Below are positions 51,655 to 60,600 of a stretch of DNA of 64,000 nt, in pieces. Each line of letters starts with the position of its first letter. Position 1 is the stretch's first letter. A program made the position numbers and the translations under genes. Source of the stretch: Solirubrobacterales bacterium. Lineage in GTDB: Bacteria; Actinomycetota; Thermoleophilia; Solirubrobacterales; 70-9. The notes beneath the pieces were generated by a model, which had not been told where the DNA came from, did no database searches, and worked only from the letters and a program-made list of their open reading frames with translations. The stretch lies in the NCBI GenBank assembly GCA_035688825.1, contig DASSMM010000057.1, positions 2,830 through 66,829 on the forward strand. The letters are read 5' to 3'.

Positions 51655-52083
51655 ATGGACATCGGCTTCCTCCTCCTCTGCGACTACAGCGAGGCCGTCA
51701 ACGGCAAGCTCTACCTGACCGGCGGCGGCTGGAACGTCCTCCGTCTCCCCGAGCTCCCCGCCGAGTGGTCCTTCTCGATCGGCCTCGGCATCGACATCGC
51801 CTGGCACGAGACCAACAGCCCCCACGAGCTCGTCGTCACCGTCCAGGACCCCGACGGCAACGAGCTCGGCGAGGGCCTCACCGCCAACTTCGAGACCGGC
51901 CGCCCCCCGGGCCTCCCCGAAGGCCAGGAGCAGCGCCTCGTCATGTCCATAGCCGCCACCGCCTCCTTCGCCACCGCCGGCCCCCACGCCGCCGTCGTCG
52001 TGGTCAACGGCGAGGAGCTCGGCCGCGCCCGCTTCTACCTGATGGAGGAAGGGCCGGCTCCGGGCGAGGTCGGGCTGGCCTAG
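51655..52083 (+). CDS. hypothetical protein (142 aa), beta-rich
   Basis: MDIGFLLLCDYSEAVNGKLYLTGGGWNVL... I recall a similar N-terminal pattern in an uncharacterised DUF family but cannot confirm it. Confidence 0.55.
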   Translation: MDIGFLLLCDYSEAVNGKLYLTGGGWNVLRLPELPAEWSFSIGLGIDIAWHETNSPHELVVTVQDPDGNELGEGLTANFETGRPPGLPEGQEQRLVMSIAATASFATAGPHAAVVVVNGEELGRARFYLMEEGPAPGEVGLA

Positions 52084-53063
52084 TCGAAGACGTAGAGCAG
52101 CAGGAAGGCGATGATCGCGAAGGCCGCGCCTGCCGCCTGGATACCGCGGTCGCCGGCGATGATGCCGGACATCGAGCGGTCGTCGTTGCGGTCGTAGATC
52201 AGGTAGAGGTAGCGGAAGATGCCGTAGACGACGGGCGGGATGGTGAGCATCATCCTGCTGCCGACGATCGGCGAGTTGACGGTGTAGATCGCGTAGCTGA
52301 TCACCGTTCCGGTGGTGACCATCGAGACCATCTGGTCGAGGAAGGGCAGCGAGTAGTGCTCGAGGACGGGCCGGGTCGAGGTGCCCTCGTGGAGCTCGGA
52401 GACTGCCTCCTGGCGGCGCTTGGTGAAGCCGAGGAAGGCGGCGAGCATGCCGGTGCAGAGGATCAGCCATTCGGAGGCGTGGGCGTCGACGGCGCTGGCG
52501 CCGGCGGCGACGCGGAGGATGAAGAGGCCCGCCAGCGTCATCACGTCGACGATCACGATCTGCTTGAGGCCGAGGCTGTAGGCGACCTGGGCGATCCCGT
52601 AGCCGACGACCATCAGGCCGACCTGCCAGTTGACGGTGAAGGCGATGCCGATCGCGACGACTGCGAGCGCCGGGGCGATCGCCTTCGCGGCGCCCTCGGA
52701 GAGCTCCCGCGCCGCCAGCGGGCGGAAGCGCTTCTTCGGGTGCTTGCGGTCGAGCTCGACGTCGATCAGGTCGTTGACGAAGTAGCCGGCGCTGGAGATC
52801 AGGCAGAAGGCGACGAAGGTGACGAACGCCTCGAATACGTCGTGCGACTGGTTGAACTTGCCGGAGAAGAGCAGCCCGGCGAAGACGAAGACGTTTTTGA
52901 TCCACTCCTTCGGCCGCCCGGTCTTGATCGCCGCCCGCAGGGGCGAGCGCCGCGGCACGACTTCGCCGGTCTCGGGCTCGTGCGATTGCGTCGGCTCTAC
53001 CGGCACGGTGGGCTGTTCGGAGGTGATCGTTTCCATCGAAGGACGCGGCTCAGGCACCTTCAC
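52080..53063 (-). CDS. UbiA-family prenyltransferase, decaprenyl-phosphate phosphoribosyltransferase-like
   Basis: KEWIKNVFVFAGLLFS, Asp-rich motif YFVNDLIDVELDRKHPKK, 8-9 TM. The start may be an internal Met. Confidence 0.85.
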   Translation of the reverse strand: MKVPEPRPSMETITSEQPTVPVEPTQSHEPETGEVVPRRSPLRAAIKTGRPKEWIKNVFVFAGLLFSGKFNQSHDVFEAFVTFVAFCLISSAGYFVNDLIDVELDRKHPKKRFRPLAARELSEGAAKAIAPALAVVAIGIAFTVNWQVGLMVVGYGIAQVAYSLGLKQIVIVDVMTLAGLFILRVAAGASAVDAHASEWLILCTGMLAAFLGFTKRRQEAVSELHEGTSTRPVLEHYSLPFLDQMVSMVTTGTVISYAIYTVNSPIVGSRMMLTIPPVVYGIFRYLYLIYDRNDDRSMSGIIAGDRGIQAAGAAFAIIAFLLLYVFD

Positions 53064-53113
53064 CAGCTACCCGGCCAGGGAATGAAGTCGCGAAAGGGTA
53101 CCGCCGGCCGCTG

Positions 53114-53611
53114 TCAAGACCGCTCCCCACCTGGCTCCTGGGCGTCTTCAAGCGCCTGGAGGTCCTCACGATCCCGTGGCCGGCTGCTGGCACGCTTCAT
53201 CTCGAGCAGGTGCTCCAGGGAGCAGACCCGGACCGCGAGACCGTCGATGTCGATGGTCTTCGCCTGCTGCTCCAGCTCCTCGTAGCGAGGAACTTGAGGC
53301 AACCCCTGCAACACGTCTACCTGTCCAAGCTCGGTGCGGACGAAGGTCCTGTCGCCGGTTCGCAGGAAGGTCGTGATCGAGCTGGAGTCGAGGAGCCGGC
53401 CTCCAACGTCGACCTTCCCCCCCAGTCGACGAAGAAGCTCGTCGAGTTTCGCCAGGTTCTCCGGGTCCGGGTCGGGAACGACGTCCACATCCTGCGTGGC
53501 CCGCATGTAACCCCAGGCGTTCACCGCGAGGCCGCCGACCAACACGAACCGGATTTCTGCTTCGACCAGCTGCTCCAGCAGCTCACGCAGGCGCAGCGGA
53601 TTCGCGCTCAA
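53114..53611 (-). CDS. nucleotidyltransferase-fold protein (toxin/antitoxin-type NTase)
   Basis: TTG 53611 overlaps the upstream stop (TTGA). LSANPLRLRELLEQLVEAEIRFVLVGGLAVNAWGYMRATQDVDVV carries the GG...R.T.D.D NTase pattern. Lower-GC DNA. The first 44 codons of the track ORF look like shadow frame. Confidence 0.6.
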   Translation of the reverse strand: MSANPLRLRELLEQLVEAEIRFVLVGGLAVNAWGYMRATQDVDVVPDPDPENLAKLDELLRRLGGKVDVGGRLLDSSSITTFLRTGDRTFVRTELGQVDVLQGLPQVPRYEELEQQAKTIDIDGLAVRVCSLEHLLEMKRASSRPRDREDLQALEDAQEPGGERS

Positions 53612-53787
53612 CTGCGCTTGGCGCTCCCGGTGAAGGATGAGAGGAATTCGCTCAAGGCAAGGCCTTCGGCCAGGTTGACGGCCATGGGACGGCGAGCGTC
53701 TTCGCGTACTTGGCGACGGCGAGCTTCCTCGTTCGCTCGCCATGGATCCTGCCGCCGCGGCTGCGGCCTTGGCTCTGCGGGTGGCAT
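53608..53787 (-). CDS. possible small partner ORF (59 aa) of the NTase
   Basis: MPPAEPRPQPRRQDPWRANEEARRRQVREDARRPMAVNLAEGLALSEFLSSFTGSAKRS. Stop/start overlap with the NTase gene. No convincing RBS, so this is weak. Confidence 0.3.
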   Translation of the reverse strand: MPPAEPRPQPRRQDPWRANEEARRRQVREDARRPMAVNLAEGLALSEFLSSFTGSAKRS

Positions 53788-53801
53788 GTCATAGAGGTTA
53801 G

Positions 53802-55460
53802 TCAGGGGTCGATCAGGACGCCCGGGTTGAGCATCCCTGCAGGATCGAGATCGGCCTTGGCGGCGCGGAGGGCGGCGGCGAAGGGGGCGGGGCGCTGGCG
53901 GTCGTACCAGGGGCGATGGTCGCGGCCGACCGCGTGGTGGTGGGTGATCGTGCCGCCGGCGTCGATGATCGCCTCCGAGACGGCGGCCTTGATCTCGTCC
54001 CACTGCTCGACCTCGCCGCCACGGATCGCCGGCGCCAGGACGGTGAAGTAGGGAGCGACGCCGTCGGGATAGACGTGGGTGAAGCGGCAGCTGACCCGCG
54101 GCGCCCCCGGCCCGTCGGCGGGAGCGCCGCTGACCTCCGCGGTCACCCGCCGCGCCGTCTCCATCACAGTCGCGTGGAAGTCCTCGAAGCGGCCCCAGGT
54201 GATCGCCGTCTCGAACGTCTCCGAGAGCACCCCGCAGGCGACGAAGGTGTCCCGCAGATACGGAGCGAGCAGAAACGCCCCCCTCCAAGCATCGACCGCC
54301 CCATCGTCCTTGCCTTCCTCCCCGCCGACGGGCCGATTTCGTCCCGTATCGGGACGTTTTCGTCCCGTCAGCGCGGAAGTGCGGGGCTCGCCGGGGATGC
54401 CGGCGTGCGCTTGGGCTACCTGAAGCGCTTGGGCCATCGGGACGTCGACTGGTAGCTGTGCCGACTCGAAGCCGAGGAGTAGGAGGTGGCTGCTGCCGTC
54501 GCCGGCGCCGGTGAGGCCGGCCTCGTCCGCGTCGAGGAGGCGGCAGTTGGCGGGATGGAGGCCGGATTGAGAGATCTCGCAGACCGCTTCGACCGCCTTG
54601 TCGAAGTCGCTGAACCCGACGCTGACCGATGCCTTGAACTCGGGCCGCGGACGCACCCGCACCCAGGCCTCGGCGATCACGCCGAGGATCCCCTCCGAGC
54701 CGATCAGCATCCGGTCCGGCGACGGCCCCGCACCCGAGCCGGGAAGCCGCCGGCTCTCCCAGGTCCCCCGCGGGGTGATCGCCCGCACCGACTCGACCAG
54801 GTCGTCGATGTGGGTCTCGAGCGTCGCGAAGTGGCCGCCGGCGCGGGTAGCGATCCAGCCGCCCAGGGTCGAGTACTCGAACGACTGCGGGAAGTGCCGC
54901 AGCGTCAACCCGCGCTCGCGCAGCTGGTCCTCGAGGCCGGGCCCGAGGGCGCCGGCCTGGATCCGCGCCGCCAGCGAAGTCGGGTCCACCTCCAGCACCC
55001 GGTCCAGCCGCCGCAGGTCCAGCGAGACCACCGCCCGCTCCCCAAGCCGCGGCTCGATCCCGCCGACCACGCTCGTCCCGCCCCCGAACGGCACCACCGC
55101 CGCGCCCTCGGCCTCCGCCCAGCTCAGCACCGCCTCGATCTCCGACTCGTCCTTCGGGAAGGCGACGAGGTCCGGCGGGTTCTCGAACTTCCCGTAGAAG
55201 CCGCGGACCACATCCCGGTACGCCTTCCCCAACGAGTGCGCCACCCGCTCGTAGTGCCCATCCGAGAACAGGTCCCCGAACGCCTGCGGCCGCTTCAACC
55301 GAGCCGCCCGCAGCTCCACCGCCTCCAGAGGGACCGGCTTCTCCACCTCACCCCCGAACCCGAACCGCGCCCGAATCCCTTCCGCAGCCTCCCTTAGCTG
55401 AGTAGCCGTGGGCGCCTGATCCTCGTACCCCCAACCCCAATGCTTCAGCCGACGGTTCAT
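53802..55460 (-). CDS. FAD-linked oxidase (PCMH-type FAD-binding, alkyl-DHAP-synthase/GlcD-like)
   Basis: 552 aa. AAVVPFGGGTSVVGG, C-terminal HHHAVGRDH. Contains the 43-bp palindromic element in frame. Confidence 0.9.
   Translation of the reverse strand: MNRRLKHWGWGYEDQAPTATQLREAAEGIRARFGFGGEVEKPVPLEAVELRAARLKRPQAFGDLFSDGHYERVAHSLGKAYRDVVRGFYGKFENPPDLVAFPKDESEIEAVLSWAEAEGAAVVPFGGGTSVVGGIEPRLGERAVVSLDLRRLDRVLEVDPTSLAARIQAGALGPGLEDQLRERGLTLRHFPQSFEYSTLGGWIATRAGGHFATLETHIDDLVESVRAITPRGTWESRRLPGSGAGPSPDRMLIGSEGILGVIAEAWVRVRPRPEFKASVSVGFSDFDKAVEAVCEISQSGLHPANCRLLDADEAGLTGAGDGSSHLLLLGFESAQLPVDVPMAQALQVAQAHAGIPGEPRTSALTGRKRPDTGRNRPVGGEEGKDDGAVDAWRGAFLLAPYLRDTFVACGVLSETFETAITWGRFEDFHATVMETARRVTAEVSGAPADGPGAPRVSCRFTHVYPDGVAPYFTVLAPAIRGGEVEQWDEIKAAVSEAIIDAGGTITHHHAVGRDHRPWYDRQRPAPFAAALRAAKADLDPAGMLNPGVLIDP
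54327..54369. repeat. 43-bp palindromic element, intragenic copy inside the FAD-linked oxidase gene
   Basis: GACGGGCCGATTTCGTCCCGTATCGGGACGTTTTCGTCCCGTC. Translated on the minus strand as part of LTGRKRPDTGRNRPVGG. Same length and termini as 8660..8702. Confidence 0.85.
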
Positions 55461-55461
55461 A

Positions 55462-55552
55462 GGAGGACGGGGACCCCCTCCGACCGGCGGATACTCAAAA
55501 CGCCGGCCTAATTAGGCCGGCGTTTGTTGGGCGGAGGGGGTCCCCGTCCTCC
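55462..55552. repeat. 91-bp nested palindrome between the FAR-like and FAD-oxidase genes
   Basis: Outer perfect 21-bp arms GGAGGACGGGGACCCCCTCCG / CGGAGGGGGTCCCCGTCCTCC enclose the inner 28-bp perfect palindrome at 55498..55525. Confidence 0.9.
55498..55525 (-). terminator. rho-independent terminator of the FAR-like gene
   Basis: AAACGCCGGCCTAA/TTAGGCCGGCGTTT. On the minus strand the stem is followed by TTTTGAG. Confidence 0.65.
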
Positions 55553-55556
55553 CCCA

Positions 55557-57548
55557 CTACCAGTGAACGCCTTTCATCAAGTGCGCAAACGCAACGGCCT
55601 CCGTAGAAGGCGCTTTGTCCCGCGCCTCCTCTTTCTTGCCTTTCGCCGCCTGCGAATCCGGGAAGAGCTTGTAGGCCGTGTTGAGGATCGAGTCGCTGGC
55701 TTTCGGGGCGACCGCGTACATCAGCTCGCCCATCGTCCCGAGCCGCGTCGCCACCTTCTTCGGCCGCCGGATCATCGCCTTGGCGATCATCTCGGCCGCC
55801 TCCTCGGGCGTGATCGCCGGGAACATGTCGTACATCCGCGTCGGCGCGATCATCGGCGTCCGCACCAGCGGCATGTGGACGGTGGTGATGTGGACGTTGT
55901 CTTCGAGCACCTCGGAGGCGATCACCCGGCCGAAGGCGTCGAGCGCCGCCTTCGAGGCGACGTAGGCGGAGAAGCGGGGCGGGTTGGTCTGCGTCCCGAT
56001 CGAGCTGATGTTGATGATGTGGCCGCCCTTGCGCGCCCGCATCGCCGGCAGCAACGCCAGGATCAGCCGCACCGAGCCGAGGTAGTTGAGCTGGATCGTG
56101 CGCTCGAAGTCGTGGAAGCGGTCGTAGGAGAGGGCGATCGAGCGGCGGATCGAGCGCCCGGCGTTGTTGACGAGGATGTCGACGTGGCCGTGGTAGGTCA
56201 GCACCTCCTCGGCCATCCGCTCGATGTCGTCCATGTCGGCGAGATCGCACTGGTGGATGTGGGCGGTGCCCCCCGCGGCGACGATCTCGTCCTTGGTCTC
56301 CTCCAGCTTGTCGAGTGAGCGGGCGACCAGCAGCACCGTCGCCCCCGCGTCGGCGACCTTGACCGCGGTCGATTTGCCGATCCCCGACGAGGCTCCCGTG
56401 ATCAGGACGATCTTCCCCCGCACCGCCGCCGAGAGCGAGCGGTCGCGGAAGAGGTCGGGATCGAGGTTGCGCTCCCAGTAGTCCCAGACCCGGGCCGCGT
56501 AGGTCTCCAGCGGCGGCACCTCGATCCCCGAGCCCTTGAGCGCTTTCTGCGTGTTCCGCGAGTCGAAGCTGGTCGGGTAGTCGACGTATCCGAGGATCTC
56601 CGGCGGCATGCCCAGCTGCCCCAGCGCCACCTTCGCCGCTCGCCGCGCCGGCGGCAGCAGCTTCAGCGCCGTCCGCACCGCCTCCGTCGCCGGCTCGGTC
56701 ACATCGGTGCCCACCCGCACCGCCATCTGCGGCGCGTCGGCGGCGCGAGCGAAGATGTTGATCACCTCGCCCGCCGTGTGCGGGTTCGGGTCGGTGAGGT
56801 GGAAGGCGCGACCGTTCAGCCGCGGTTTGTGGGCGATGTGGTCGATCGCCGCGGCGACGTAGTCGACCGGGACGATGTTGATCTCGCCGCCCTCGATCCC
56901 GATCACCGGCAGCCAGGCCGGCGCCACCCGCCGCAGCCGCTGCAGGGTCTTGAAGAAGTAGTAGGGGCCGTCGATCTTGTCGATCTCGCCGGTGCGCGAG
57001 TCGCCGACCACGATCCCCGGCCGGTAGACCCGCCAGGGCCGCTGGCACTCGTCGCGGACCAGCCGCTCGGACTCGTGCTTGGTGCGGAAGTAGGGGTTGT
57101 TGTCGAGCTTTTCCGCCTCGTCGAACATCTCCTCGGTCCAGACCCCGTCGTAAAGCCCGGCGGCAGCGATCGAGCTGACCTGGTGGAAGCAGCCCGCTTC
57201 GAGCGCGCCCGCGAGCTCGATCGCGTGGCGCGTGCCCTCGACGTTGGCGATCTCCTGGGCCTCGGCGTCGGCGGTCAGGTCGTAGATCGCGGCGAGGTGG
57301 AAGAAGTGGTCGATCTCCCCCCGCATCGCCACCAGGTCCTCCTCGGAGACGCCGAGCCCGGGCTGGGAGAGGTCGCCGGTGATCGGGACGATGCGGGCGC
57401 CGTCGGCGCCGAGGCTGGTCCGCAGCTCCTCGAGGCGGCCCCGCGAGCCCGCCCGCACGAGGGCGTAGACGGTCCCCTCTCGCTGCAGCAATTTCTCGAC
57501 CAGATTGCGGCCGATGAAGCCCGTGGCGCCGGTAACGAAATAGCTCAT
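55557..57548 (-). CDS. bifunctional fatty acyl-CoA reductase-like protein (NAD-binding FAR domain plus C-terminal SDR domain)
   Basis: 663 aa. MSYFVTGATGFIGRNL (Rossmann 1) and IVLITGASSGIGKS...NNAG...YVASKAAL (classical SDR). Architecture as in mycobacterial/Marinobacter ~650-aa FARs. Confidence 0.85.
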   Translation of the reverse strand: MSYFVTGATGFIGRNLVEKLLQREGTVYALVRAGSRGRLEELRTSLGADGARIVPITGDLSQPGLGVSEEDLVAMRGEIDHFFHLAAIYDLTADAEAQEIANVEGTRHAIELAGALEAGCFHQVSSIAAAGLYDGVWTEEMFDEAEKLDNNPYFRTKHESERLVRDECQRPWRVYRPGIVVGDSRTGEIDKIDGPYYFFKTLQRLRRVAPAWLPVIGIEGGEINIVPVDYVAAAIDHIAHKPRLNGRAFHLTDPNPHTAGEVINIFARAADAPQMAVRVGTDVTEPATEAVRTALKLLPPARRAAKVALGQLGMPPEILGYVDYPTSFDSRNTQKALKGSGIEVPPLETYAARVWDYWERNLDPDLFRDRSLSAAVRGKIVLITGASSGIGKSTAVKVADAGATVLLVARSLDKLEETKDEIVAAGGTAHIHQCDLADMDDIERMAEEVLTYHGHVDILVNNAGRSIRRSIALSYDRFHDFERTIQLNYLGSVRLILALLPAMRARKGGHIINISSIGTQTNPPRFSAYVASKAALDAFGRVIASEVLEDNVHITTVHMPLVRTPMIAPTRMYDMFPAITPEEAAEMIAKAMIRRPKKVATRLGTMGELMYAVAPKASDSILNTAYKLFPDSQAAKGKKEEARDKAPSTEAVAFAHLMKGVHW

Positions 57549-57611
57549 CGGGTACCAGGGTATCTCTATGCGGCTGCCGATAAACCTCTTTCCTTAGACT
57601 GCAAACAAGAG

Positions 57612-60600
57612 ATGCCAGAGACGGCCACCGTGCAGATCCCGATGCCCGAGATGGGCGAGTCGGTGACCGAGGGCATCGTCCTCGAGTGGCATGTGGCCGA
57701 GGGCGACGCCGTCAAAGAGGGCGACACGATCGTCGAGGTCTCCACCGACAAGGTCGACGCCGAGGTGCCGGCGCCGATGGACGGGGTGATCACGAAGATC
57801 GTCGCTCAGGTCGACGATGAGGTCCCGGTTGGGGCCCCGCTGGCTGAGATGGAGGCGGGCGAGGGTTCCTCCGAGGGACAAGGCGCGGGAGCCGCGGGTC
57901 CTGCCGACGCAGGGGACCCACCGTCTCCTGCAACTGCGCAGGAGACGGTCCCCCCTACGACGTCACCCACGGCAGGAGCCGCTAGTAGCACCGGTGGCGC
58001 CAACGGTGGGTCAGGCAACGGGGCCGCCGGGGTCCGTGCGACGCCCCTTGCTCGCAGAGTTGCCGAGGCCTCTGGCGTTGATCTTGCTTCGGTAAGTGGC
58101 TCAGGACCAGGGTCAAAGGTGACCAAAGAGGACGTTCTGGCTCACGACGGCGGTGGGAACGGAGCTTCCGCGGCGGTGGCACAAGGTGAGGCTAAGCAGC
58201 TTCGCGGGGCCGCGGCGATGCTGGCGAATGCGATGGACGAAAGCCGGGCTGTGCCTACGGCGACCTCGTTCCGGACGATCGCGGTCGACACGCTCGACGC
58301 CAAACGGAAGGCGATCAACTCGGTGTTGAAAGACCGGGGGCTGAAGGTCTCCTTCACGCATTTGGTCGCTTGGGCGATCGTCGAGGCGGCCAAAGACTTC
58401 CCTGTGATGACGCGGGTGTTTGCCGAGCAGGACGGGAAGCCGTTTGCGATCGAGGGAGGCCCGGTCAACCTCGGGATCGCCGTCGACGTCGAGAAAAAGG
58501 ACGGCTCCCACAGCCTCATGGTCCCGGCGATCAAGGGCGCCGACGGGCTCGACTTCACCGGCTTCCACTCCCGCTACGAAGAGCTGATCGCGAAGACGCG
58601 CGAGAACAAGCTCTCCGCCGACGACTTCCAAGGGACCAACATCAGCCTGACCAACCCGGGCGGGATCGGGACGATGGCCTCGGTGCCCCGCCTGCTCTCT
58701 GGCCAGAGCGCGATCATCGCCACCGGCTCGATCGCCTACCCGCCGGAGTGGAGCCACGCCTCCCCCGAACGGCTGAAGCAGCTCGGCGTCAGCAAGGTGA
58801 TGACGCTGACCTCCACTTACGACCACCGCGTCATCCAGGGCGCAGAGTCGGGCGCCTTCCTGCGCCGGGTCGAGCAGCTCCTGCAGGGCGAGGACGAGTT
58901 CTACGAGTGCGTGGCGAAAGACCTCGACTTCGAGCCCTCCGTCGTCACCAACGCCCACCCCGCCAGCGCCTCGGCCCCGCCGCTCTCCGCCGCCGCCCCC
59001 AGCGCCGAACCGACCACCGCGCCGGGCCAGATCGACGAAGAGCTGCTGCAGGCGGTGCAGGCGGCGACCTCGCTGCTGAAGGCCTACCGCACCCACGGCC
59101 ACCTCGCCGCCCACCTCGACCCGCTCGGGTCCGAGCCCAAAGGCGACCCGGCCCTGCAGCCGGAGAACGTCAACCTCACCCCCGAGCTGATGGCGAAGAT
59201 CCCGGCCTCGATCCTGCGGATCGGGGTCCCCGGCGAGAGCCTGCTGGAGGCGCTGCCGCGGATGCGGAGCGCCTACTGCGACACGATCGGCTACCAGTTC
59301 GAGCACCTCTCCTCCCACCAGCAGCGGCTCTGGCTGCGGGAGATGATCGAGACCGGGGCGCACCGCCAGCCGCTCACCGACACGGAGAAGAAACGCCTGC
59401 TCGACCGGCTGATCGACGTCTTCCAGTTCGAGCGCTTCCTCGAGAAAGCGTATTTGGGGCAGAAGATGTTCTCGATCGAGGGGCTCGACGTGGTCGTGCC
59501 GATGCTCGACGAGGCGGTCACCCTGGCGCAGAAGGCGGGCGCCGACGAGGTCGTCTTCGGGATGGCCCACCGCGGCCGCCTCAGCGTCCTCGCCCACAAC
59601 CTCGGCCGCTCGGTCGAGTCGATCCTCGCCGAGTTCGAGGGATCGAAGCGGATCGAGGCGGTCAAGGCCGTCGCCGCGATCCCCCACGGCGGCACCGGCG
59701 ACGTCAAGTACCACTACGGCCACCGCGGCACCTACGAGACCGCCGACGGCAAGAAGATCTCGGTCCGCCTCTACCCGAACCCGAGCCACCTCGAGTTCGT
59801 CGACCCGGTGGTCACCGGCGGCACCCGCTTCCTGCAGCAGGACTTCGAGGGCCCGAACCTGACCCACGACTTCAAGCGCGCGGTGCCGGTGCTGCTGCAC
59901 GGCGACGCCGCCTTCCCCGCCCAGGGCGTGGTCGCCGAGACGCTCAACCTGCAGGGGCTCGCGGGCTACACGACCGGCGGCACGATCCACGTGATCCAGA
60001 ACAACCAGGTCGGCTTCACCACCGACCCCTCCGAGGCCCGCTCGACCCCGTACGCCGCCGACATGGCGAAGGGCTTCAACGTCCCGATCATCCACGTCAA
60101 CGCCGATGACGCCGAGGCCTGCATCGCCGCCGTGCGGCTGGCGATGGCCTACCGCGAGCGCTGGTGCCGCGACGTCGTCATCGACGTGATCGGCTACCGC
60201 CGCTTCGGCCACAACGAGACCGATGAGCCCGCCTACACGCAGCCGACGATGGCGGCGAAGATCAAGTCGCACCCGCCGGTCTCCGAGATCTACGCCGAGA
60301 AGCTGATCGAAGAGGGCACGGTCTCCGCCGAGGAGGTCGGCCAGGCCTCCGACGAGCGCCACTCGGAGATGTCGGCGGCGCTGAAAGGCCTGCGCGAGAA
60401 GATGGAGGCGGGCGAGTACGAGGACCCGACCGTCACCGGCGCCACCACCCAGACCGGCGAACTGCTCGACCGCACCGCCAGCCCGCCCGTCCACACCGCG
60501 GTCGAGGCCGAGAAGCTGCGGGCGATCAACGAGGCGCTGCTGAAGACGCCGGAGGGCTTCAACGTCCACCGCAAGCTGCGCCGCCCGCTCGCCCGCCGGG

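Noticed and set aside
56778-57611. 278-codon N-terminal extension of the 2-oxoglutarate dehydrogenase ORF (track 56778..61661).
   Set aside because: It is antisense to the FAR-like gene and has junk composition. The lipoyl domain begins right after ATG 57612.
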